A DNA stretch of 64,000 nucleotides. Source: Epiperipatus broadwayi. Its lineage: Eukaryota > Animalia > Onychophora. The stretch is taken from assembly GCA_028023455.1 (NCBI GenBank), contig JAQFVV010000007.1, positions 8,680,001 to 8,744,000 on the forward strand, written 5' to 3'. Shown one piece after another: positions 13,017 to 25,280 of the stretch (positions are counted from its first letter, which is position 1; each line of letters begins with the position of its first letter). The position numbers and the translations under genes are program-made. The notes under the pieces are model-generated. The model was given only the letters and a program-made list of their open reading frames with translations, was not told where the DNA came from and made no database searches.

Positions 13017-13255
13017 TGTGCCAGTCAAAACATGCTTATCCATCTAACACGAGCTGGAACTCACAAAATGTACTTCAAACCCAGTCAAGCCCGAGATTTA
13101 GGTCAGGGACCAGCCTGGATTCGAACCCACTCTCCAAGCACCAGATCTAACACCCAATGGATAACATAACAATGGTAGCACACGAGATTTAATTCTTCAT
13201 CCGGCCCACTAGCAAATCGGAGAAAACAATAAGACTCATGGACTTAAACATATAT
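13017..13255 (-). mobile_element. Composite SINE-like repeat, family S2
   Basis: Internal B-box GGTTCGAATCC; homologous to 58888-59095 and 61860-62085. Confidence 0.55.
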
Positions 13256-13699
13256 ATATAAACAACGTAAATACTAGACATTCCACAGATAAAATCTAAC
13301 ATATTTAAATAATAGGGGCTTTACTAATGAATACTTATGGGCAATTAGTGAATTGGATTGATTTAATAATGAGACAGAAACTGATATATGATGAATTAAA
13401 ATATATTTATTGACAATTGTTGTTGGCAAATGCACGCAGGCATTTTATTTATAAAGTAACATTCTCTAGACTATTTGAACAATAATTGATGTTGGCAAAT
13501 AGGTTTGTGGCTATGATTCAATGGAGCCAAATATCCTGCTATACAACTAATCACTACATTAACTTATTTGTTATGTCCTTTTATAATCAGTTCGAGTGGC
13601 TCTTTTACGTAAAATCAAACCAAGTCTGGAGTGAAACTTAATACACCTTAATTATAATAAATTTATTTTAACTATGGGCTTTTAAAGCGTCCCAGATAG

Positions 13700-14080
13700 C
13701 TTTAGATCGAACGGGTTTTCAAGAATGCTTCGGATCAACGCCGAAGACTGCATATTAGGGAGGGAGAGTTGGCTATAACGATTTTACTAATACGCTAGGC
13801 ACAAGTAAAATATAATAATAAAGTGGCTCTGCGGATGGAAGAATAGTTTTAGGGTTTTTGTGACAAACAACGGTTTACCCAATAACCGGTCGTCATGCTG
13901 CTAATGGGGAACCTTTATTTGGTTCAGAGGCGGGGGACTTACGTGCTAATCTGGCCCGTAGCTCAGACTTCGCTACTGCACTACCCATAAGAGAAGAGCG
14001 TCTGGCAACGCCGTGGCTCCATCTTATATATGTATAAAAAAAACAGCACAACGAGGAAATCTAAATAAGTTTCACATCCG
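13700..14080 (-). promoter_or_regulatory. CpG-retaining promoter/first-exon island
   Basis: Raised GC and CpG content. YY1-like AAGATGG and RFX-like GTTGCC motifs. Perfect GTAAGT donor on the minus strand at 13942-13937. Confidence 0.5.
13943..13988 (-). CDS. Possible first coding exon MGSAVAKSELRARLA (may be 5' UTR instead)
   Basis: ATG at 13988, open to the GTAAGT donor (phase 1); N-terminal MG motif. Downstream exon not identified. Confidence 0.3.
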
Positions 14081-14759
14081 CCAAGCCGAAGGATATTATA
14101 AATTAAATATCATATATTAAATGAACACCAGTTTATCAGCTTGATCAAAAGAGCCAACTCTTCTGTAGCATGAGAAATATGTATATGCTACTGACGGGAA
14201 GATATACAAACTTTACTTTATCCCGTTCAATCTCTTTAGTTATCTATAACTACTAAACTTTTAAAAAGGGGGAAAAGTATATTTAATAAGGGACTTACGA
14301 ATACTTAACTAAAAAAAATATACTTATAATTACACTCCAGGCTAGTTTAATCTTTAGTAACATAATAAATAAAGGTTGAAAAGCCACATTTTATATTTAT
14401 ATTAATTAATTTACTAAATGACAAAAATATGGATTTGGGTTTCGAAACAGCGCACGAAATGACGCTATATAAATAATTTAAATTTATATGTTTAAAAACA
14501 TATTCTATAATTAAATGCACGCCGTTTCGAAACATAGGCATAACTAATAATAAATAAAATAAGCAAAAGAAAAGCAAAATATAATTGCAGTGATTAAATT
14601 ATATAGCAAAATATTAATTAATAAAGAAAAATTTGCAAAAGTATTACATTTTCTAGAATTAAAATATTATTTTAGGAAACAATTTAGACAGTTTACACTA
14701 TTGAATTAAGGAAAAATTAGCAAAAAGTATTTCATTTAAATATTATTTCAGAAACAATT

Positions 14760-15290
14760 TAGCGAGAAAGTTCAATAATATGGTTAGCTAACCTGTTTTG
14801 AAGAAACAATGACTGTTTTTGAAATTTACAGAGCTCTGCGATTTTAAATATTAAAACAGTTCTCCTGTAGATGGGCTGGAGATATTCGAAACTGGAATGA
14901 AGGTGAATTCTTGGGCGGCTTATGGCATCTTCACTTTAGTTGGGAGACGATTTTTTAAAATAGTGTTTCTTTAGCTGGATTGAAATCGGAACGAAGGCAA
15001 ATTATTTTTACGGCTTATGGCATCTTCAAATTTAGTTGGTGTAAGCTTGGTTGTTCCTTTGGCATTTGATGGATTGAACTAGGCGTTCCATCACGGGAAA
15101 GCAGCAAAATTTTGCCTGACTTTAGCCAGACATGTTACGGTTGAACAATTTTGACTTCTGATGTTAACTCTCTTCAAAAGCAAGATGGATTCTCCCTTCC
15201 CGCTTAAAATAAGGCCTATTTATATCCTTCTACTAAACTTTAACACCTTTCTGGAATTTCGTAAACCTCGGACCTAATTGACTTTTAATT
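14760..15290. repeat. Unclassified repeat-like block with an internal duplication of about 60 bp
   Basis: GAAACTGGAATGAAGG...CGGCTTATGGCATCTTCA...TTTAGTTGG occurs twice (about 14886 and 14983). Confidence 0.4.
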
Positions 15291-15899
15291 AAAGCAAAAT
15301 AATATAATTCAATTTCTACAACAACTGATAAAATCTCCGAGGTGTTATATTTAATTTCCTTAAAAAATGTATCAAAATATATAAACTATATAATTTGATT
15401 CATTTTCATTAATTAAATTCCTTTTCAGGTGTTATTACTTAGCAGAAGGAACGGTATTCTGATTTAATGAAAAAGTCTTTTGTTGCAAACAAAAATCAAT
15501 CAGAAAACAGATTTTACTTTTTTACCCGGGTGTGTCACTAATTGATATCTTGTTTACAAAAATTCTCATTTTTTAATTGCGAACAGATAATTCTTATTTT
15601 ATAAAACTAAATAACTTTTAACATATTTGTTTATTAAAAAAAAGCAAATTTAAAGAAAATACTTGTTTCAACTATATATGTAAAACATTAAATCAGAAAA
15701 CCGTTAAATAAATTAAAGAAAACATTTACATTACTTTTATTTAAACTTAAATATATATGAATCATTTTGCCGTTATTCCAAGGTTTAAATTATCCATCCA
15801 CATACGAATATTATAGCGAATATAATTAAGAATTGACTGAAAATTAATAAAACATTTTATAATAATTTATGAGCATTTCTCCGCTATAATTTTATCAAA

Positions 15900-16100
15900 C
15901 CTGTCTAATTATAGCGTGTTTTCGTATGTAAATGGATGATGCCATTCAAGCGGCCATTGTAGCAAAGTTTTCCCGCTCGACTTATATATTACATTTTTAC
16001 ATTAAAAATAGGTTCGAAATTAGTTTAGATGAGTAGGTCATTAGGTTGATGGTGAAACGGAAAGGGATTGGAGATTTCCGTTTCATATCAGTAAACTTAG
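15900..16100. promoter_or_regulatory. Promoter-like CpG island fragment
   Basis: E2F-like TTTTCCCGC, GCGGCCATT, and an inverted CGGAA dyad around ATTGG. Confidence 0.35.
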
Positions 16101-16149
16101 TAAAAAAAAAACAAATAAAAAAAAAAGACTTTACTTATATAAACACAGA

Positions 16150-16576
16150 GATAAATTATGGTTTCTTTCAAAATATAAACTCATGGCCTAATCCTACACT
16201 AAACCTATGGTAATACATCATAGTAGATTACACTATCATAATACATTTAGTGCTTCTAACAATTATCAACACATATAATGAAATCATCGGTTATTAGTAA
16301 ATATTTTAAACTTAAACAGATATATACCCAAACGAGTATACATCTTAGTCAAAAATAAAAGATATGTTTTTATATATATAAAATATAACGCGTGTAATAT
16401 ATAAAGGATATAGAGATCAAATATACAGTGTATAATATGTATGTAAGGTATATAAATAAAGTATAACACGGATAATATATAAAGTGTATGTAGATAGAAT
16501 ATAAAGTTGTTTGTTTTTTTTTTTCCGCGTTTGGACGCCCAAAATCATGGGGCTTGTAACTCATTTCCACCCCTGA
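16150..16576 (-). mobile_element. PPT plus 3' LTR remnant of a gypsy-like element (minus strand); left boundary approximate
   Basis: Minus strand: TCAGGGGTGGAAATG then AGTTAC at 16561. The AT-rich interior resembles 18840-19000. Confidence 0.45.
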
Positions 16577-16689
16577 AGAGATTATGGAGTATATATATAA
16601 TTCTTTTGGTCAAAATTAATGATTTTGAGTCAATTTTTTTTTTGAATAATGTATATATGTAAGATTTTTTTTCCGCGTTTGGATGACCA

Positions 16690-19025
16690 AGTGAGGCTTC
16701 GATGTAAACACTATGAGTTATGGACTTTTGTGTGTATATAGCAAAAAAATTTATTAAATTTATTTTGTGTCTTTCCTGTTCACTAGTGACTGGCGCCCGA
16801 GGATGATTGATCAAGTTATAAGTCATCCTCTTATAAATTTGTCATTAGGGAGCAGAGAAAAGAAATTTAGATTAAAAGAAAAGGGGGGTCTCGTTGTTTT
16901 ATCAAAGTATTTTTATGAATTGGAGTGGTTTAAAATGAGTAAGAAATATATATATAAAAGTAACGTTAAATTAACCAAAAGTTAAAAGGATTGAAATTGG
17001 TGCAGACGGGTAAACGAAATTAGGTCATAAGCATGAACCATTTAAGTATATATATAATATAAAAAAAAAAAAACAGCTGGAAGAAGAGACCGGGGGAGTT
17101 AAATTTTTATTAAGTCATCTTTAATATTAAAATATGTGTTATACTTTAGATATATAGACGAAAAAAAAAAAAAGATTTTTTTTTTAAATTTTTCGTATAT
17201 TTTATTAAAGCTAGAAAAAAAGAAGGGATTTTTTTTTAAATAAAAAAAAGAATTTCATATGTTTTATAAAATAAAAAGTAGGGAGACAAAAAATTTTTTT
17301 TTAATTGATTACATGTTGGACGGGCATCGAGATGAAGGTGTAGGCTTATAGATATATTAGTGAGTTAGGCATAGAGTTGGGATGGAAGTGAGCGAGTCGT
17401 TCTTGAAGGGGGAGAGCAGCAAACAGCCGTATTAAAAGTATAAAAGTTTTAAAAATCAAATATTTATTAGGTGCGAAAAATAAATAAATAAATTTTGAAA
17501 GGATTATATAGTATACAGAATGAACAAAGAAACAGAAATAATGAGCAGTGGGGAAGAGATAGAAGTAGGAATGGAGATGAAAGGTGGAGGTATCGTGTTG
17601 AGATCAGGAAGAGAGATTAATGAGTATAACAGCAGTACAGAAGAAATAGAAAGGGAAAATGGTATGAGCCAGGATAGAGATGAGTGTGCACAGAAAACTC
17701 TTGATATGCCAGAGAATTCAGTTACCGAAATATCTGAACAGATACCGGTAGAGGAGATTAAGCAGGAAGGCCAGGATTTTAATTGGTTGCTGAGACAGCT
17801 TAGACAGGATGCAGAGAAAATGGATCAGAAAATGGAGGAAAGAGATCAGAAAATGTCACAAAGATTTGAAAACCTTAGCAGAGATATTAGACAAGAGATG
17901 GCAGACAGAGATAAAAGACTGGAAGAAATGTGCCAAGGTCTACAGGAATTGTCAACCAGCTGTCAGCAGAAGTCTGAAGAAATTCAGGGAGAAGTTAAAA
18001 AAATGTTACATAAAAACCAAGAAGAAAATAGAAAGGAATTTGTTGTGATTAAAGAAGAAGTGAAGGCTTTAGTTGAACAAGTAGAATGTCAAGAAAAGGG
18101 TTTGAAAGAAAGGGTCTTTAAAGTAGGGGCAGAATTTAACAGCAAATTGCAAGAGTGTGAAGAAGCCCAAAGGGAGATCAGAGAGGAAATATATGAAATA
18201 AAAGAAAACCTGCTACAAAGAAGTAAAGTAACTGACCAAGAAGGAAACATGATCACGTGTATTCCAGAATTGAGAGATGTAGCAGAAATGAAAGAAGAGA
18301 GAGAAAGGGAAAGTAAGGAAAGCAACTTTGCTAGTGATTTCCAAGCTAAGAGACTTAATAGACATGAGATAGTGCAAATTATTGGCCAGAGTGAAGATGA
18401 TAATAAAAATAATTTTAGAGAAGCAGCCAAAGTCGATCAGCAAAGTACCATAGTCAAAGAAAATGAATTTTTAGCAACATAAATTCCAAATGGATGATGA
18501 AAATAGCACATTTTACGGTATGAAGAACAAATTGGGTTGGAAAAGAACAAATCCCAAGTGACGCAAAATCAAAGCAAGGAATGTGAAAAAGCACTTACGG
18601 AAGAAAGAATGTCGAGCTGCATAACGGGATACCGTATGAAGGCAGCGAATTCGCACAAAGTTTGGCAATGCACCCCGAACGACCTCTTTTCGGGGGGGCA
18701 GAGGAAGATGAATGGATAACCGACGATGATGATGATGTGTTGGGATGTTGTTTCACCCCGCGGGAGTTACTTCAAACAACCCCGATCCTATTTAAATTGT
18801 TAGTTATTTTTGTGAGTTTTTTTTTTTTTATATACTCTTTTATATATATATATTATACACTCTATATTTGATCTATTTAACCTTTATATATTGTACCTTT
18901 TTTTTATACGATATTTAACACTTTTTTTTATTATACACTTCATATATTATACACTTTATATTTTATTTATATACCTTAGATATATTCACACTTTATATGT
19001 TACCTTATACAATATGTATATATAT
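16690..19025 (+). mobile_element. Non-autonomous gag-only Ty3/gypsy LTR element
   Basis: LTR end GTGACT overlaps PBS TGGCGCCCGA (16791-16800, tRNA-Lys). Long leader, gag-like ORF, no pol. Putative 3' LTR starts AGTTAC at 18765. Confidence 0.65.
17520..18482 (+). CDS. Gag-like (ORF1) coiled-coil protein, 320 aa; frame resumes after several stops, to 18719
   Basis: Only long ORF in the window. LRSGR motif near the N-terminus and E/K/Q-rich coiled coil, typical of arthropod gypsy gag N-termini. Downstream of a PBS. Confidence 0.65.
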   Translation: MNKETEIMSSGEEIEVGMEMKGGGIVLRSGREINEYNSSTEEIERENGMSQDRDECAQKTLDMPENSVTEISEQIPVEEIKQEGQDFNWLLRQLRQDAEKMDQKMEERDQKMSQRFENLSRDIRQEMADRDKRLEEMCQGLQELSTSCQQKSEEIQGEVKKMLHKNQEENRKEFVVIKEEVKALVEQVECQEKGLKERVFKVGAEFNSKLQECEEAQREIREEIYEIKENLLQRSKVTDQEGNMITCIPELRDVAEMKEERERESKESNFASDFQAKRLNRHEIVQIIGQSEDDNKNNFREAAKVDQQSTIVKENEFLAT

Positions 19026-19230
19026 TGTAACAGAATAAAAATAATGTTACAGAATATTAAAATATATATCGATGGAATGATAGATGACACAATGATAGTC
19101 ACTGTAATTAAATAACTAAACAGGATATGATCCAGCGGTTCATCATTTGTAACCGAATAAAATTAAATGCGAAATGAATTTACTATGTTAGCGATAAACA
19201 ATTTATAATTAAATAAGGATGACGCTAACA
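19026..19230 (+). mobile_element. Solo-LTR-like unit TGTAACAGAAT...AACA
   Basis: TG...CA ends in (TA)n context; same start and flanks as 27157-27370. Confidence 0.3.
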
Positions 19231-19379
19231 TATAAATAAGAACATATACATATCATACTCTATTTGGGTGTCTATTTGTAACTAATTAAATATTATATCA
19301 TAGCCTGTTTGCAACTATCATAAACATTAATTCTGTCATGCTAATAATGAAATAAATTATCCCATTTTTCAACACAAAA

Positions 19380-20560
19380 TAATAACAAAATGAAAATTAA
19401 ACTGTCATCATTAAAATATTTCGATATTGGGAAGTCATTTGACCAATAAAATATACTAGCCATTGTCATTAGATAAACTAATATTAGATATAGCAATTGA
19501 ATAAAATTACTGTGAAATCCATGGTGTGCATTATGCTTATCTCCAATAATAGGTTTTTTTAACAAAGAATCCTTCTCATTCTTCTTTCCATGTATATACG
19601 ACCATTCATGGTCACATGCACTCACTGGTGCTATTTATAACAACTTATAAAAAAATATATAAAGTTAATATTATTAAGTTGGAAAAGGGATTAAATCACT
19701 CGTTATTCAGTTTAGCTAAGTATATGTGTTTTTCACGAGTGCCACTAGATTGTTCTAAATCTAGATAAATATTATCTGTGCATAGTGTACTGAGTTCAAA
19801 CCCATTTGGTACATTCTTTATTACACATGGCTTAGATGACTAACAAACAAAAAAATGACATTCTTATATTTTATCCATGTCAATAAAATCATAAGATCCC
19901 AATATCAAAATTTATATATCCAACACTCTTATAGATATTACTAGCTCAGTTTATGTATATTGATGAACAGACATAAATATACTCTAACTAATGGCTTCCA
20001 AACAAACATAGTGAAGACCATTACTTACTTATATGGCCATTAAACTAGTTACTTAATTTACTTAACTATCATAATATAATGATGATGATAATGAAAATTC
20101 CATCCATAGCTTAATAATGAACTCATGACAACTATTTTATTTTTCATAAACTTATAGGCACTTTCTTAAAATCATCCTATGTTAAACTGGGATTTAATTA
20201 TAAATACTCACTAGCATTTATATACGTTTATTGTTATTTACTCATAATACTTTTATAGTTAAAACTAGGATTCAATAATACCAGTGATGATGAATGATCA
20301 TCACGAATCTCACCATGTGATATTCAACTTTCTATAAACCCCTATTTACCAAGCCCATTAATTATGTTAAAGATTGGGTTTAATGATTATTATTTATTCA
20401 ATGATGATGGTGATCATAACTCATAGGCAAAACATATTTTAGCTTTCTATTATTAACCTATAATTATTAAAAAGAAACTTGGTTAGATGTCAAGCATAAT
20501 CCTTAAATCCTTAAATGTAAATCAATATTCTAGCTTGCTTAACATTGGCGAGTGATGATG
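19380..20560 (+). mobile_element. Highly decayed LINE RT (I/Jockey-group-like)
   Basis: Motif remnants in order: FDIGKSFD (LDxxKAFD), HGHMHSLVLF (QGSxLSPxLF), KYMCFSR, DITSSVY. Confidence 0.4.
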
Positions 20561-21549
20561 ATCATTTAAAATGATAGAATCAAGACAAGAAAATACAACA
20601 ATATCCTTAATAATAATTCGAAACCAAATAAGATATAATTATATTTATTAATACTATTTTTCTTCTTTTTTTAAATCAAATTTACTAATTATATAATTGA
20701 CTTTATTTAAATATATATAATCAAACAAAATATCTTAATACTATATGCACAACTCATTAATTTTACATATCTGCTTTTTCTTTGTCACTACATACTTTTA
20801 AAATAAGTTAGCTCAAAATGACACCAAAAGAAAATACTTCATGGAATGCTTACTTAAGACTTTTCTTACCTATTACATGTCATAAAGATAAATTTCATTT
20901 ATGTAATGTGTGTGTTTTTTCACTTTCATTCATATGTTAAGCCCTGCTCTTCAATTTACTATATTTAAATTAACTATACATAACCTATTCTTTTGACCGA
21001 TCTGTATAAGCAGTTACACATGCACACACGCTATAATATGTCAACATATATATTTAAAATGTATACCCCTATATTATGGATTAATACATAAATCACATAT
21101 AAAAAAAATATTATAGCAAACTTGAGCAACAAAAATAAATGATATCCAATTTAATATGCAAAAATAAATAATAAAAAAATTATAAAGCATATCTGGATAG
21201 GTTGCTTAATTATCACAATGAATAAAGAACAATTAAAAAAAAACATTTTAGTATTACATTATATAACAATAAATAAAAAAAATCAAAATAATAAAAAAAA
21301 ACTATGTTTAATGAATTTAAACTGTGTGTGTATTGCCATGTATTATTGAGAATAACACAATCAATGAACAAACTCTTAATGTTTTCTGTATCAAAACAAA
21401 AAAAATGTGTTGACTTTAGAAATTAAAGTTTACTTTTAATAAGTAAGAATAAAAGATTTGTTAATGAAATTTCAAAGTTACCCGATTATTTTCACTTCTT
21501 ATGAATGTCCCAGGTTTGAATTTTCAGATCACTTGCCTAACTTATAGCT

Positions 21550-21820
21550 TCAACTGGTTGGTTTGACTGGTTTCTACCATTTAAAATGAGTTGTTGCAGA
21601 TACTTTGAGATAAATATGAATTGGTTGACTTGCTTTTTTCCACTATTTTTTAAAAAAAGTTATTACAAATACTTTTAGATAAATATAAACTGTTTGGCTT
21701 ATGTGATCCCACCATTTTAAAACAAGTTATTTTAGATATTTCTTGATAAATCTGAACTGGTTAGTTTGCTTGTTTCATCATTTTAAAAGTTACTATAGGC
21801 ACTCTGGAGACATATGAAGA
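21550..21820. repeat. Degenerate minisatellite, about 68 bp x 4
   Basis: Repeating ACTGGTTRG...CCATTTTAAAA...GATAAATMTRA. Confidence 0.65.
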
Positions 21821-22376
21821 AAAACCTTTCCTTTTTTTAAAAAAACATTAATTTATAGATGAACTAAGGTTGGCTGCATGGCTTTATACATCTTTCCTGT
21901 TCTCCATCCCTTCAAAGATGATGATCAGATGACATCTGTGGCTGTTTTTAAATGTGGCTTTCTTTGGGTTATTAAGGACTTTTGTATACATCCACAGATA
22001 GACCAGTGATTTAACCCATTATGTCAGACTTCAAGGAACAGAAACAGTGAGTTTAGCACGGCAAATTCATTGTATTATACACAGCCCAAAAATATATTAA
22101 TACCATTTTACAGAATTTTCAATAACTTCCTCCAAGAAATTCAATTTTGTTCCATTTCTTTATATCAATCCTGCTGTGAGCTGCTTTATATATATACACA
22201 TCTTCTTCTATGGTGACTTTAAAACAAGAGTCATTTTTTCTTCTTTAATTTTTAAAAAGAAAAAAAATCAATAGCTCATACTAAGCTTTAAAAAAATGAA
22301 AACTGCTCATCTCTTTTTGGTTTAAAAAGATTGCATACTTCTTTTAACTTTAAGACAACTTTAACAACTGTCATTT

Positions 22377-22520
22377 ACTGCATCTTGTTCAGTGATTCTC
22401 CTTAAAATTATTAACTGAATCTCTACCATCAAACTACATATTGTTAAGTGATCCTGCTTCTTAAAATTATTAAACTGAATGCTTCTCCAAAAACTGCATA
22501 TTAATGAGTACATCTTTTTT
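22377..22520. repeat. Tandem repeat, about 58 bp x 2.5
   Basis: ACTRCATMTTGTT.AGTGAT...CTTAAAATTATTAA repeated. Confidence 0.55.
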
Positions 22521-23774
22521 TTAATAGTAACGATTGCATTTTAGTATTATTAATGACTGACCTTTTCAAAAACTGCCCCCTCTTTATATTTCAATTTCTG
22601 ATCAAAGAGAAAAAAAAATCTATCCAAAAATAATTGTGATTGTGGAGATAGCAATTAAATCTCACACATAGACGGTTTTAAGTCATTAACAAAAAAAAAG
22701 AAGATTAATAATTATTTATTCTGTCTAAGCATTTTCTCTCCTTTCTTAAGATAATCTAAGATGCAGATTACATAAACAAAAACAGTTCATAATCTATAGT
22801 CCATAGAAATATGTATAAAAAATTGTCTATGTTTAAAACAGGTGGTCTCTTTTACATGTGTGTCTCTTTTATCTACTAATCGTTTTTACACCTTTTTTAA
22901 CAGTTTCTTTTTTTTCATTTTACAGAAATAAAACTAAATAACTGAATATATTAATTATTTAATAAAAAAATAATATATCAAAATATCATTTCTTATAACA
23001 TTCTTTCCATTCACTACTGATTATTATTAATTATCTATAAACTATATAATAATATTCGCACACATAAATCTATATATATAAAAAAAGAATTTTTTTTTAA
23101 TTAAAAAATATAATATATATATATATATATATATGTGTGTGGGAATGAAAACATATGTGTATGTACAATATATATATATAAAACCAAACAACAACTAAAT
23201 TAGCTATCCCATATAATTAAATCCTTCTAACTCTTGTATATCATACCTGCCAAATTTCACCAGTTAGTATCAAGATTAAATAAATCATGAATAAAACTTA
23301 GAATTACCTAGACAATTTTGCCAACTATAGTCAAGGTTAATTACATATAGATAATAAAATGAAAATTTATTTTCTATATTTGATTAATAAACTGTAATTA
23401 AAACAATGATAAAGAATGGAGCAAAATTGCATATCGGCTGAGAAGTTAATGTTAAAGTCTTTCTAGTCCATTTAAGTAAAATATTCACAAGACAGAATTA
23501 ATATTCATTCATTACAATATCTTACAAATAAAGTTCTCTTGGAGATGACTGACTCATCACAAAAATGTTGGCTGGTAGAATATCTCTACTGGAGCAGATA
23601 AAGATGAGCCAGAATAGTGAGACTTTATAAAATGGGATTTTTTAATTATTATTTTGATAGAAGCATCATAATAAAATAATTATTTGTGGGTATGGCTCAT
23701 GAGTCCAAGAATTTCCAAAAAAAATCTGATCATTTCATTGGATTCTAAATAAGTCATTATATCATACATTTTTA

Positions 23775-23885
23775 TACCATGTGGTTAAGTGCAATGGGAG
23801 AATATGGAGCTCAAGTTTCATGGATCAAGGCTAGGTGCTCAAACTTTTTATGAACTCCTGAGCAATAAAGAATTCAAGTATTTAT
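23775..23885 (+). mobile_element. S1 SINE copy
   Basis: GTGGTTAAGTG head; 3' end is the reverse complement of 320-345. Confidence 0.45.
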
Positions 23886-24959
23886 TTACCATTATATATT
23901 ATAATATTCTGCCAAAAGTTCACTTCATGCTATTTTTCTTATATTTCACATAGTTGGTCTCTAAAATATTATTTCATGTCCCATCTTTGATTTTAGGAAT
24001 ATTTATAATAAAAAAAATATTTAGTCCATTTACTTGCCAAAAAATATCTTTAGATCCAAACTTATAATATAAAAAAATTCATTTTCACAGAATTGACTAA
24101 GAAACCTTTACTAGAAATATCTGTTCCTAAATTAGCAATTTGCACTTTGGACACCCTTCAGGTTTTCTGTATCGACTATGTCACTTTGGAAATATAAAAT
24201 TTATTGCCAAAATAAAACACAATTATGATTAATACTGGATATTTTTGTATAAGATTTTTTAAATTAAAACCCAGGGCAAGCAGTAAATTAACAAAAATTA
24301 ATTGCTATTTGTAAAAAGGTTGTTATTCTAAAAAATTAGATTCCCTATTGCTGTTGAATATTTTCAGTTAAAGATGCTCATTAATATTTTGAAATTATGG
24401 TGAAAAGGTCATAACAAGTCACTCTGTTTTTCATTTCATTGGAGAGAATGAAGAATTTATATTTGTAAGGGCACTGATTCATAGGATCAGAAAAGGGAAT
24501 GTTAACTGTTGTATCAACAGTATTCTACAATGAACTTGAAAATGGTTTTCATGAGATAGGCAAAAATCTATTCATGGTGTAAAGATGTTCATAAAAATGC
24601 TCCAAACAATTTCATGTAAAGGATATGTAATGAAAATAAACACAAGAGAGTTTCAATTAGGCAAAATCTTGAAATCTTTCAGAAACAGATGAGAATTAAA
24701 AGCCATTATTTCAAGATATTTCATAAACAAATTAAATGATGTGTGTGTGTGTGCTTTGATGGATTAAAATGTCATAGACTGATTTATATAATAAAGTGCA
24801 ACAATTTTCTTTAACAATTTCTTTAATTTTCTCTTCCTCTATTTCCAAGTTTAGAATTTCTACATTTACATATGAGCAAGCACAAATGATGATGATGATA
24901 CAGTCACCACCACACTCAGAATGATAGGTGACTGGTTCTCTGCAAATTTCCTGCAGCAT

Positions 24960-25280
24960 GTTCACTGAATCAACATGTGCTATGTAGCAACATGGTTTAG
25001 CGATCCACTACAAAAATGTTAAGCCATTACCATGTCTGAATAACAAGTTAAAATATAAAATATGATAATATATAGCATAACTTCATGGGTTATTTCCAGT
25101 TGCTCTCCCTGCCATTATAAAATCTGGAAAGCTACTTGAAACTATTCTTGCAAAACATGGCTTCACATCCACACACAGTTTGAATCATTTCAAACACTTC
25201 AGAAACAGTGCTGCCTCTCCCAAAACAAAACATGAATTCCATATCCACTGTATCCTTAAAACTATCAAATTCTCATCCAT
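24960..25280 (-). mobile_element. mariner transposase N-terminal remnant
   Basis: FCFGRGSTVSEVFEMIQTVCG...SRFYNGRES matches mariner HTH consensus; contains stops. Confidence 0.65.

Noticed and set aside
13110-13135. tRNA gene (GGTTCGAATCC)
   Set aside because: No cloverleaf; part of the multi-copy S2 repeat.
14439-14533. Paired GTTTCGAAAC palindromes
   Set aside because: Short, no TSD, and no second copy in the window.
24732-24965. RING/C2H2-like ORF
   Set aside because: Cys spacing is wrong and it adjoins a mariner remnant.
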